A stretch of 63,909 bases of DNA, filler included, from Reclinomonas americana ATCC 50394 (Eukaryota), in NCBI GenBank assembly GCA_048213135.1. It is 11 parts of 11 records of this genome, joined end to end, with 100 filler letters (N's around TTAATTAATTAA, not from the genome) between each part and the next. Parts side by side here need not be neighbours in the genome. Positions count along the whole stretch, not along the records: positions 8,322 to 20,065 come from AFZH01022087.1; positions 20,166 to 24,015 come from AFZH01022091.1; 9 more parts are not named here. The stretch is one strand, 5' to 3'. Both the position numbers and the translations under genes were made by a program. The notes under the pieces were generated by a model. The model was given only the letters and a program-made list of their open reading frames with translations. It was not told the origin of the DNA and did no database searches. Position 1 is the stretch's first letter. The number at the start of each line of letters is the position of its first letter. This document shows positions 11,301 through 23,319 of this stretch, piece by piece.

Positions 11301-14300
11301 ACGATCCACGACTCAAGTCCATGAGTTCGCCTCTCAGCGAGAGCTGTCACTGGATTTGGCCTCTGCAAGGTCTTCATGATGTTGGCTGTGGTTCTTCCCT
11401 CTCTTCATGACGAAGGCTCATTCTCCACGCAGTGCCTACGCATCGCGAGCTTCGCTGTCGGCGATACAGCTGTGGGGCGACGTCGTGGAATCATCCGCGG
11501 TGACAGACGCGGAGGCCGCTGTGAACGCCTTACGTATCGACCTCGTCACGAATGGAACATTTGTTCGACGAGTGGTGGACGCCGCCGCCAGTCTGTGCGT
11601 ATTCTCCCCCCTCCCCTTGCACGCACAATACTAATGTCACGCTCCGCACAGCGATGATACCACTGCATCTGCGCGATTGGTGAGTATTCGCGAGGTGGAG
11701 GGCACCACTGCCACGGAGGGAGTGGTGGTTGTCTCGCAGTTGCCTGCGTTGGATGTGATTAGCAAGTTTGCGGAGTCCGTCATGGTACGTGCGAATCGAC
11801 TCGACCCGTCTTTGAGGGGTCGTATTTGCTTACACAAGTCGTGCTGCAGGATGTGGCAAACATGCCGGTGCGAGATTTGCGTGGCTCTATAAGCGTCGAT
11901 CGCGAGTCTGTGGTTTTTGCTGCCGCCAACGGCTTGGTGGTCAGCGACATTATTTTGACGATTGCCGACCAAGTGAACGTGGCGACCGAGCGCGACGCGG
12001 CATCGTTCAACGAGGAAGTGTGGACGGATTTCGCGATCAGCGTAGGGTGCGTGCTTGTCGATGTCCTTTTCGTCGTGCTTGCTCATGTGCTGACGGGAGG
12101 TGCAGACTGTGTCTGGGAATCCTGCTGGTAATCTTCCTGCCAGTGGCGTTGAGCTTGAGGCAGCGACTGCGTGAGTCGTTGCAGGCGTTCACCCTCGTTC
12201 CGAAAAAGGACATGCAATCGGTGTGCCACAAGATTCGCGACCGGTACTTGCAGTATCTGGAGATGACGCACACTGTGCGCGATGTTGCGTGCTGATTGGT
12301 GCATCGTGGCGGTGGTATGGCACAGCGCCTGACACTTCTCTGTCGTGCAGGGAATACATCCCTCCACCATTGTGACGCCCAAGTATGTGGTGACGCAATG
12401 CACCACCGTCGACTTCCAATTTCTGCGCAATCTGGTGGTGCGCGCCGCGGCGCTGGTTCTGATCGCGCTCTCGGTGACGTTGATCTTGACGTTGCGTACG
12501 CTAGTGATCAACTATCCACCCCAATCTTCCCGATAGCTTGACATCTCCGTTCTCTGTCATCCTCGCATTGCAGCCTGTGCGCATCGTCAGTGGCCACCGC
12601 CACCTCACGCAGCATGGAGATTTTCAATGATATTGAGACGCGCAATGCCATGCTGCCCGCGGTGGCCATGGCCGCCATGGAACTCACGCACCCTGTCGGA
12701 CTTGTGATGCTGGAGGAGTCCAAGGTGGTGATGAAGCGCGTTGTGTCCAAGGTTAGTTTCTGTTGTCGGGGTGTTTTTCTTTGTCCAAGATCCTCACGAC
12801 TTGTGTGAACTGCATGCCAGTTTCTCGAGCAGCAAGAGGTAATTGCCGATCTGGTGACCAACAGTGGGTGGGACGACCAGACGCAAGCGGACTTGCTGTA
12901 CACTGCTCGATGCAGCGAGGCGGAGTTATTCGTGGATACCAATCCACAGTGGGCAAAGATCGTCCGCTGTCTGCCGATTAGCGCACTGGTTAGCGATGCA
13001 TCGGCAGCAATTATGTGTGGTCCCCGTTCTGTTTGCTCACCAGCAACGCTCGTCGCCAGATGAACTCGATGATGACAGCTGCTTCGGGGCTCGCCGAACA
13101 CGTGACGAATCCGCCGAGTGCCGCCGACCTGAACGATCTGAATTTCATTCTCGCAGCGCACGAGACCCTTGTGCGCTACTTTGATGCTAGTTTGGTGGTG
13201 CGTTGTTGCTGCTGCTGCGCGTGTGCAAGGAGCTTTGATGTGTCTCGCTCACTTGCGCGCACACACACAGTCTCTGCGTCTCGGCCTGGAACGGACAATT
13301 GGACGCGCCGAATTCACCTCAATGGCGATTGTGGCGGTGGGTGTGCTCGGCACGCTGCTCTTCTCGGTGCTGTGCGTCGCCCCACTTCTCCGCGAAGTCG
13401 ATCAGCAACTGCGATTCTTCAAACGCTCGCTCCTTCAAGTGCCGACAGCCGTGGTCAACGCGGTTCCTGAGCTGCAGATGCAGCTGCTGCCTCGTTGCGT
13501 GAGTGGTGCAACTGTGGAGTTTGCACTGTGCTGACCGATGATGGTGCAGATGCGCTGCTGGCCTCGATGAAACTGAACAACCAGATGAACGAGAGCGAAT
13601 TCTATCTGCGCGAGATTCTGTCGAGTTGCGCTTCACAAGGGTTCCGCATGTGGAGCGACATGGCGACTGACTCCTCTGTTCACAGGTTGCGCTCTGGTCT
13701 TGACAAGCGAAGCGGTACGTAGCGAGGAGTGGACGATTTATTCCGTATGTGAAGCTCATTGCATGTGCAACCACAGGGCACCATCGAATTCATCAACCGG
13801 CGCTTCACGCGCTGTCTGGGTTACTCGAGTGAGAGCATTGTCGGCCTGAATATCAAGGTTAGGTGGCGCATTCGTGAGTTATGGCTGGTGGCGGCGATCT
13901 TTTCTCAGTTCAATATCGTGGCGCACACAGACGATTATTCCACCTCGGTTGCATGCCGCTCACGACGGCCACCTGGCGCGCTACATGGCGCAGCCGGTGG
14001 CCAGCCGCCGCCCACTAGCCATCACGCGTGATGCCGAGGTCAGCGTGTTCTCACATGTGAACCCCTTTTCCAAGGTTTTCTCACTCGTGCTGGCGGCGTT
14101 CAGGCATGCCACCGTGACGGCAGCATGGTCCCCGTCGCGCTGATGGTGGTCGAGTGCCATGTTGGCGAGCGACGTCTCTTTGCGGTGCAGCTTCGCGACA
14201 TTAGCGAAAAGGTGGCTGCTGTGGCCCGCGAGAAAGACCGACTGAATAAGGTGCGGATGTGGTCGTCCTTCAACTTGGCATGCGCTTGTCTCCTGACTCG

Positions 14301-17300
14301 AGTGCATGTCTTTTGTCAGTTGGCACTTGCCACCCGCACGTCACCCGAGGCGGTGGTGGTGGCGCGGGAGGATGGAGTGATGGAGCAAGTAAATGCCACG
14401 GCGGTGCGCATGTTTGGCTATGGCAGTGCCGACGAACTGCTCGGGAGGCACATTCGCGTGCTGATGCCGTCGCCGCATGCCGAGAGACATGATTCGTTGC
14501 GTTGCGAAAGGAGAGGGAGAAGAGAGGGGAGAAGAGGAGGAAGTGAGGGGGAGGGGAGAGGGAAAGGAGGGGAGAGGGAGAGAAGGGAAAGCGCATGAAG
14601 TGTCTTCCTTTTCGCTCTCTACTGTCTTTTCTTTTCGGGCTTTCTCCCACACTGCTGTCTTTGCGCGAGGCAAGGAAAGACAGCAGAGCGAGAGAAGGAA
14701 GAAGAGAGAGAGAGAGAATTCTTCTCATGCGCAAAGAGTGTAGTGTGGGAGATACACTGGAAGGAGAATGATAGCAGAGAGCGAACAAGGAAGGCATTGA
14801 GGGGGCTCTTACGGTCTATCGTTGCAATGTATTCTTGCGCACGGAAAGAAGTGCCTTCTTCCGCTCTTCTGTCATTTTCCTTCCTGTTTGATTCGCACAT
14901 TGCACGGAGAGAAGTTCCTGGTTTACCTTCCTTCTTTGGCCCTGTGCAGTCGTTTTCTATCCGGTTTATCTTCTGCACTGTTATCTTTGTGCGAGGCAAG
15001 GAAACTGATAGCAGAGCGAAATAAGGCAATGGGAAGGTTTTTTCCATGCGCAAAGAATGCAGTGTGGGGGACAGCAGAGAGCGAGAGAAGTAAGGTATGG
15101 AGGGGTTCTGCCGGTCTGCACTCTTTGCTTACGGGAAGAACTTCCTCTGTGCCTTCCCTCTCTCCCTCTGCAGTCATTTTCCTGCCTGTTTGACTCGCAT
15201 ACTGCACGGAGAGAAGTTCCTGGATTGCCTCTCTTCTTTTGCTCTCTGTCCAATCAATTTCCCGCTGCATTGTTGCACGGAAAGAACTGCCTCGGTGCCA
15301 TTCTCTTGCGCTCTCTGCTGTCTTTTCCTTCCGGTCTGCATTCTTGAATTCTCTTTCCAGCAACGGAAAGGAATTGCTTGTCAATGAGTGTCAGTGATTG
15401 TCGCTGGTGTGCTCACTGGTGATGTGCTGCAGGTATGTCGCGCGGTTTCTCTCTCAGTTGGACTCTTCAGCCGACGCTGTCAAGCCCGCGTGTTCTAAGT
15501 GCGTACCACGCGAAAACTACAATCCACAGTCTGCAGGAGCTCACCACTCCCGTGCAGAACAACAAGCTTGGAAGTGCAGGCCTTGCAGAAGAATGGCAAC
15601 CTCCTTGCTACGCGCCTGGAAGTGATGGTCGTCACCATGCGTGGACAGCGCTATTTGTGCGCAATCATGCGCTCCATTGTCGACGAAGTCAAGGTGCGCG
15701 CCGTCTACGAGGAGAAGGTTGACGAGATGAGCAACATGCTGTGTAGCTCGTCGGATGCAGTTGCGTGCAACGAGTGAGGAACCTTTTTGACTTCCATCTC
15801 TTCTCTCTGTCTGACAAGCTCGTGTGCAGATTCTGTGGACCGACGAGAATGGCGAGATTCAGTGGTGCAACACGACAGTGACACGCATGACTGGCTACTG
15901 CACCGAGGACCTGACCTCGCAGTCGCATCACGTGAATATTCTGTCGCTGTTGGAGGGCATGGTGATGCAGGAGGTGTTGAATGCCGGCATGCGCTCGGAG
16001 GGTATCGAGGTCAACGTGCGGTGCAAGACCGGCAATGTGTTGCGTGAATTTATTCTTGGCCTCGCCTTCAGGGAGAAAGTGGGCGGGCTGACATGCTGTT
16101 TTGTGGTTCGTAGGGAGCGTCTCGTGCTGTGGGCCTGCCAGACTGCTGGCGACTCGATCAGACGAGTGATGGTGCGATTGTCGATGCCCAATGTGCAGCG
16201 AGTGTCGATTCAGCAGCAGCAGGCAAAGAATGCCAGATTGTGTCAGGTGGGGAGGGCGAAGGAGAGGGAGTTGGGGAGGGGAGGGAGAGGGGGAGGGGGA
16301 GAAGGAGAGGAAAAAGGAAGGAGTGCGGGGCAAGGGAGGGAGTTTGATATAGACTGCTGAGCTCCTGTGTGGGCGATATTTCATCGCGTTGAAGTAAGGG
16401 GTAATGGTGACTGGATAAGCGCGGATGTGAAGACACTTGCAGTATCACTCTCTCCTCGCATTCCTCGTGGGTTGTGGCACGAAAGCATTGGTTTCTCTTG
16501 CAAAAACGACAGCATCAGGCCTTTGTTCTCATCGTATTCTTGTGCACGTTATCTGCCTTTGTTGGCTTCCTTTCCGCTCGTCCCGCGTTCCTGGTGGAGT
16601 CTGGATTAGAAACAGTGGGTTCCTCTTGCAGACACGCCAGCAGCAGTCATACTCGGTTCTCCTGTCTGGGGCATCTCTGTTTCTGGTGCTCCGTTGTCCT
16701 TTCGATGTCGTAGCATTCGCCGTCATCTGATCCCTTTTGTGTTCTGGTGCAGTTGCTTAGCACCATCTTCCCTGCGGCCGCAGTCGACAAGATGCGTGCA
16801 ACCTCGACTGCGCGAGCACTGGAGATGCTTGATACGGTTTGTTCTACGCATTCTTCGCCCTTGTCTTCTTCACTCCAGAGCGCGGTGCTGACTGCCGTGC
16901 ACCTTCCATCAGTCCGACGTCGGTAGCGTTGGAGGCGATGCCAGGCCGACACTGTTTGAGCACCACGCCGATGTGACGTGTGTGTTTGTCAAGATCGCGT
17001 CGGTGACGAGGAGAGGTGAGGAAGGGGAGGGGAGGGAGAGGAAGGGACAAGGGGGAAGGAGAGAGGCTGGGTGCGGTCCTCAGCTGATTCTCGGGTTTCC
17101 TCTTTCTCTTCTATGTGATACCTGCTTAAACTGACGGAGTGAGATGGAGAAGAGGCCCTCGCTGTCAAGGCCAAGATTGGGCAGTGAGAGAGAAGCTATG
17201 TGTGTGTGTGAGAGTGACAATGAGAGAAAGAGACTGAAAGAGAGGGAGAATGAGAGAGAGAGAGTAAGGAGAGACAGAGAGACGACAGCTATAGAGCCAG

Positions 17301-18640
17301 AGTGAAAAAAGGGAGGCAATAAGAGAAACAGAATTAGAGAGCGAGAGAAACGCAAGAGATGCAGAGCAGTCTGATGAAGTGGCAAATCATTATCAAAGGA
17401 TTCTGATGGGCACATGGAGAGAGAGGGGGGGTGGGGGCAACGAGAGTGAGAGAAACGCGAGAGACGCAGCGACAGTCTGCTGAAAAGGCGAAGAAGTGAG
17501 AAGCAGGATATCAAGAGAGGAGGCGACGACATGTGTATAAGAGACAACCAAGACAGCTTCTCTCTCTGTCTCTCTTCTCTCTCCCTGACTGACCTTGTGG
17601 TGCCTCCCCATGCAGATGAACCGGTGTCTCTGACGGAGCGCATTGAGGTGGTGCACGAAGTCGTCTGTGCACTCGACCGGCTCGTCTCGAAACTCGGTAT
17701 CGAGCGGGTGAAGACGATTGGTGAGTGGAGGCACTGGTGAAATCGCTGTCACTTTTTCCCTCGTGCTCACCCGATTTTGGCGACAGGATCGGCGTACCTT
17801 GCGGTGGCCGGCATGTACCTGCCGCGCCACGATCATGCGGCTGCGGTGACGGAGTTTGCACTGGACGCAAGGGGCGTCATTCGCACCACTGCTGCACGAG
17901 TTGCGTGCCGATAAGAGAGGAAGCGAGAGGGAGAGGGAAGGGGAGAGCTGATCGTCATTGGTGTCGTGCAGCGCGGGCTGGACATCAAGTTCCGGGTGGG
18001 AATCAACACGGGTCCAGTGACGTCGGGGGTGGTTTCTGATCTGATTCCAACATTTGATCTGTATGGAGGTTGGTGGCAGGGGAGGGAGAGAGGGAGAGAG
18101 GAGAAGGGGAGAGAGAGAGAAGGAAAAGGGGAGAGAGGGAGAAAGGGGAGAGAGTGAGGAAATGAGAGAGGCGAGTTTCACACGCTGCTTGCGAGTACGA
18201 GAGCACGAGTTGACGCAGTGAGCACATGCGAAGCGATAATTATTCGTGGCCGATATGGTTCGTACGTCACCATTGTTGGTGTTGGATAGTTGCAAGAGAC
18301 TTGCTGGGGATCACGTGTATTGTGATTGTTTCACCTCTCGATTGGGTGCTGTCCTATCTGTCAATAACCCTGTTGTTCACCGTCGTCTGCACTGCTTCAA
18401 CAGATTCGGTCAACATGGCGTCGCGAATGGAAAGCTCGGCCGCCTACGGGAGTGTACAGATGAGCGAGGTACGCAGCACGACAATGGTCATGAATCTTCG
18501 TCCGCTCACAGTTGCGTTCTGCGTCGCAGTCGACCTATCGAAAGACGCGTGGTCTCTTCGAGGTCGAAATGGCGAGCGTGGAGGTCAAGGGCATTGGGTT
18601 TGCCACCACCTACGTGGTGCTGCAACGCACTTCGATGTAA
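7208..18640 (+). CDS. Large TmcB-like multi-pass membrane protein with three PAS domains and a C-terminal class III cyclase-homology domain; about 30 exons
   Basis: The first exons read MALEQTCRTLQGLYQRRPPFSS|RPLQDAVMF, followed by a hydrophobic TM block (8530-9047) and a helical region (LFKALLMDNPDSVELVLWYAQ|YVTEIKND). After further TM pairs come PAS1 (GTIEFINRRF...IIPPRLHAAHDGHLARY), PAS2 (DGVMEQVNATAVRMFGY...LMPSPHAERHD) and PAS3 (TDENGEIQWCN...MTGY). The cyclase reads LLSTIFP...VKTIG|S...FRVGINTGPV...FDLYG|DSVNMASRMES...VKGIG and ends at TAA 18638-18640. One intron contains an assembly gap, and the start codon is less certain. Confidence 0.85.
8222..8321. other. Scaffold gap with an artificial six-frame stop linker (also at 20066, 24016, 28110, 29575, 35072, 39344, 50155, 51935 and 60911)
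   Basis: All ten gaps are identical 100-nt N44-TTAATTAATTAA-N44 blocks. Confidence 0.98.
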
Positions 18641-19309
18641 TACAACACTTGTACATGCTTTGCGACGTCGCCCCTCAAATGTGAGTGCATGTGTGTGAGA
18701 GAGAGAGAGATAAGAAGAGTATCTCCTGTCCAGCGAGAGACGAGGAGTGCGTTGCATTTAGGTTTCGAAGTTTCCGTGATGTCACAGTTTCTGGTGCTCA
18801 CTCAAGATGGTGACTTCCAAGCAGCTGAGTTACCTGTTTGCTGCGGGTGGGAGATTGTTTGCTCGGTTCTGGTTATGAGCCAGGTTGCCACCAGCATAGC
18901 GGAAAGCGAATGTCGCAAGATCTCCACGCAGCATCTGTCCACCACTCGGCGCAGCTGCCCGCTCTCAATGCCCATCTTCTAAAGCTTCAACGACGTCGAC
19001 GCGGCCGCGGATCCCTTCACACATCACATTGCATCAATGGGAACGAGGTTTCCTGTTGTGTTAGCCTGTGCACTCGTAATACATCGTTTACCCAAGGCAG
19101 GACACGCAAAAAGCAAAGGGTCGAGGAAACAAAAGCCTTTACGCGACGTCGTACTTGCTGTTCCTCTCACGTCCCCCTTCCCTCTCTGTCACCAGTGCGC
19201 GTGCGCCAAGACTCCGTGACTCCACACGTGACTGACACACAGTGTGTGTGTCTGTGTCTGTCTCTCAGTGAGAGAGAGTGTGTGTGAGTGAGAGTGTGTG
19301 AGAGACAAA

Positions 19310-19425
19310 ATGTCATTCAGTCAGTCGTCATCGTCTTCGTCATCGTCGGCGACCTCCAGATGCGCATCTCCTCGTTATGAGGTCGATGGAACCATTCTTG
19401 GCTCGGGTTCCTTTGGTGTTGTGAG
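19310..19425 (+). CDS. First exon of a protein kinase (Gly-rich loop); remainder probably hidden in the gap at 20066-20165
   Basis: ATG at 19310 reads [38 protein letters not shown], followed by a strong donor AG|gtgag. The GxGxFG motif is preceded by the typical Y-E-x. Confidence 0.55.
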
Positions 19426-20165
19426 GTGAGAGAGAGAGAGAGACAGACAGACATACATAGACACAAAGAGAGAGACAGACAGAGACACAGAGAAGGAGAG
19501 AGAGAGAGAGAAAGACAGAGACACACACAGAGAAGGAGAGAGCGAGAGAGAGCGAGTGAGAGTTATGTCATGACTGTGGTGCGGGTCAAGTGTGTGTGCA
19601 AGTGAGACAGAAAAGATGTGGAGATGCGGTTTTTTATTCAGGCTCTCCCTCCTCTGTCACTCACAGTCACTCACATGTTGTGACATCGAACACATGCGCT
19701 TTTTTTGCGCGCACTTGATGCGCACTGTGAGGCAAGAGAAGAGAGAGAATGGGAGGGAGTGTTCAAGAGAGAGACTCGAGCAACTTGCCTCTTTGTTGTG
19801 CATCTTGAGCGGGAAACCGGGCTCATGTGTGTCCGTATCGAGTCTCTGTACAGTGAGATACAGCGCAGCATTCATAACTTACCCTCCCTGCTTTCCTCCT
19901 CTCTTCCTCCTGCTATTCCTCTCTTTCCCTTCCCTTCTTTCTCCCTTCTCTTCGCCCTTTCTCTCCCTCTTTCCCCCTCTCTTCCCCCTTCCCTTATTTC
20001 TCCCTTCCCTTCCCCCTTCGCTTCCCCCTTCTCTTCCCCCTTCTCTTCTTTCTCCCTTCCCCCCTNNNNNNNNNNNNNNNNNNNNNNNNNNNNNNNNNNN
20101 NNNNNNNNNTTAATTAATTAANNNNNNNNNNNNNNNNNNNNNNNNNNNNNNNNNNNNNNNNNNNN

Positions 20166-22738
20166 TGGCGCCGAGGCGATTGTGCGCTTCCTGGCCACTG
20201 AGTATTACGATCTGATTGGCATGGTCAATGCCGAGGGAAAGACGGCGGCGCACATGGCGCGTGATTGCTCTGCGGTGCAGGTGGCCGAGCTGTTGGAGCG
20301 GCTTGCCGCGCAGCCGCCGCCACCACGACGACGGCGACAGGGTGCGTGTGCCTTTTGTCTCTTTTGTGAGAAAACCCACTGTGTTGCTGACTGCTGGTAC
20401 AGCTGCACCGGTGCACGTCGAGCTCTTGTTATTACTTGTCTCGTTGATGCACTCACCAGCGTTTCCATGTGCATAGGTGGTCGACGAGGCAGCGGTGGCA
20501 CGACAGCTCGCCGACAAGGACACGCTCATTGCCCAGCTTCAGCACGATGTCGCCGCCGCGCAGCAGGAGCGCGCACAGCAGCAACGTGCGTTGGAGCGAC
20601 GAGTCGAGCAGCAGCGGCAGGAGCACGAGGACATTGTGGCGCAGCTGCAGCGTGCAGTCAACGATCTGCAGCGTGCCGTCGCCGAGGGGCAGCAGAGAAA
20701 TGGCGAGCTGCAGCGAACCAACACGGAATGGCAACGAGCGCACGCTGCGGTGGAGCAGCGCAGTGCCCAGCTGCAGCGCGATGTGGAGCAGTTGACGAGG
20801 ACAGTGGAGCAGCATGCAGCCGCGCGAGAGGCACTCGAGCAGGCCCTCGGAGCGGAGCAGCAACGAACTGCCGATCTCACCAGCGAACTGACCGCCCTCC
20901 GTGGTGAGATCGCCGTCCACCACTCTCTCCCCTCACGCGAAAGAATAGCTCACTTTCCAATTCTTACAATGCAGCCTCAAAGCTCTCTCGTCTGCGTGAG
21001 TACGCGTGGGAGGACGTGGTGATGGCCACCGAGTCGTTTTGTGCTCGGTTGAAGGCCGGCGGGGGCGGTCAGGGTGAGGTGTATCTGTGCGTTCTCATCG
21101 ACGAAGATGTGGCCATCAAGCGACTGGACAGCACCGCACCTTGGGTGGACAAGTCGTACAATGCGGAGGTGCGTGGGTCTGAAAAGAGAGCATTGGGGGA
21201 AGAGACGAACTCTTTGATATCTGTCAGTTGAACACCATTGGACAACTGCGTCACCGTCGGCTTGTTCCGTTGCTCGGGTACTCTTTGCAAGCGGACGGCG
21301 ATGCTGTGCGAGAGCGATGTTTGGTGTATCGAGCCATGCGGTTCGTGGATCGGGTGTGATGAGCGCGACATCTCCATGCTGACTGCGTTCCACAGTGGCC
21401 AGGATCTGGAAGTGCGTCTGCTGCAGCGCAAACCGGGTATGCTGCCGCTGACGATGGTGGAGCGTGTGCACATTGGTCTTGGTATCGCCGAGGGAGTGTG
21501 CTTCTTGCATCAGGTGCGTGGTTGATGGAGAGGAGAGGGTGTTCTCGATTCAGTCATGTTGTGTGCAACTTTGGTCTTCTTCTGGCCCCACTGCGTCAGG
21601 CAGATACTGAGTCGAAAGGGCGCGGCCTTGCTTCTCTCTCCGTTTCTCTCTCCCCCCTTTCCTTGTTTCTCTCACCCTTGTGTTATCTTCCTGTCCTCTT
21701 CATGTCCCTTTCTCCAACACTCTTTCAGTCTCTATCTATCTCTCTCGCCTGCTCTTTGTCTGTCTCCCTCTTGCTCTCCATCTTTATCTCAAGCCTTGTG
21801 TTACTTCATTGCGCATCCAATCCGCTTCCCTCTCACTTCGAGCTCCTTCGCTTTCTCTCTTCCTCTTCGTTATTTCTGCTTTCATTCTCCATGTCTCCCT
21901 GCACTGTCCATCTCACATCAGTCCTCTCTGTTTCTCTTGTTTCTCTCTCACACACACTCACACTCGCTCTTCGCTTTCTTGCTTTCATTATCTGTCCTCG
22001 TTATCTCTCTCCTCTTGCCATCTCCTCTCTCTCATTTTTCATTCTGCTGACCATCTCCATCCCTCTTCTTTTCTCCTCCTTCCGCTCCCTCAGAACGGCG
22101 TGATCCACCGCGACCTCAAGCCACCCAACATTCTCGACAATCACTGCGAGCCGCGACTCGGCGACTTTGGCATTGCGCGCATTTTCCACCCCGACGAGGT
22201 GACCCTTGACCGCTCGGCTTTTTGCACTCTTTGCCTCTTACCCCCTGTCCCTCTTGCTGCAGACTCATCGCCGCACCGTCAATCAAGAAGGCACGCCATT
22301 CTACACTGACCCTCTCTTTGTGCAAACATGCGAGATCCGCCCCGCCATGGACATGTACGCGTTCGGCGTGATTCTCTTGCAGCTGTTGACAGGCCGCGAT
22401 GCGCGCACCGTGATTGCGCAGGCGAGAGAGTGGGAGCGCTCGATCGCCACGGTCGACGCGGTGGCGCAGGCTGACCGAGACGCGGGCGAGTGGCCGGTGA
22501 GGGTGGCGCGTGGCTTGTTGCGACTCGGAGTGCAGTTGCGTGGGGTGGGGAGGGGAGAGATGACAGGGGGATGTGGAGCTTTGGACATTGTGCTTGTTCT
22601 GCGGAGACAGCTCACTTTATGTGTGCACCCAGGTGCATGTCATTGTCTGCGGAGAGGCCGTCGTCAGAGGATGCCATGATGGTGATGCAGGAATTGCGAG
22701 AGGGCTTGGGCGGCTTGCGACGTGGTGGTGAGAGATGA
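20166..22738 (+). CDS. Ankyrin repeat + coiled coil + IRAK/Pelle/RLK-like protein kinase (5'-partial)
   Basis: The ankyrin end reads AIVRFLA...NAEGKTAAHMA...VAELL, and a Q/E/A-rich heptad exon lies at 20478-20900. The kinase exons read YAWEDVVMATESF...GGGGQGEVY...VAIKRL...AE|LNTIGQLRHRRLVPLLGYS...CLVY...RVHIGLGIAEGVCFLHQ|NGVIHRDLKPPNIL...GDFGIAR...GTPFYTDP...DMYAFGVILLQLLTG...RP. Confidence 0.85.
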
Positions 22739-22938
22739 AAAAAGGGAATGAAAAACGCGTATTGAGATGATCGCTTGTGTGATAACGTATGTCATTAGCG
22801 ACTTTGGGATTGCAGCAAGGTACGTGTAGTGTTGCAACTCGGGCGTGACTTTCGACCTCACCGCCCCTCAAGCTAATCCTGATGGCCTGAAAGTCGATGT
22901 GAAGTTGTCCTCTGCAACGAGTCCCGCTTGCAACCAGC

Positions 22939-23314
22939 ATGGTGAGCTCCTTCCCCCCCTCCCCCCTCCCCCTCCCGTCTCCCCTCCCTCACCTCTCCTC
23001 TCCTCCTCACACAGTCCCGCACCCTCACCCTCGTCACCCGCTCCCACCCCTCCTGCTCCCTCTGCGACGCCGCCAAACTTGTCTTGCGCGGCACACTCAA
23101 CACACACAATCGCTTCGTCGACGCCTCGCGCCGCATCGAACTGCGCCAAGTTGACTTGGCCGCCTCCTCCACAGCCGCCGAGTGGACGGAAAAGTACGCC
23201 AACGACATTCCCGTGTTGCTGCTCGACGGACAGGAGATTTTCCGACATCGCATCGATGGAAAGGCGCTGTGGAATGTATTGCGCTCTGCCTCTGCTCGGA
23301 GGACGAGGACATGA
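22939..23314 (+). CDS. Glutaredoxin-like protein (DUF836 / C5orf63 / YDR286C type)
   Basis: The first coding exon is ATG only (22939-22941, donor gtgag). Exon 2 from 23015 reads SRTLTLVTRSHPSCSLCDAAK...RQVDL...EWTEKYANDIPVLLLDGQEIFRHRID, with the CxxC and DIPV motifs. Confidence 0.85.
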
Positions 23315-23319
23315 GTATT

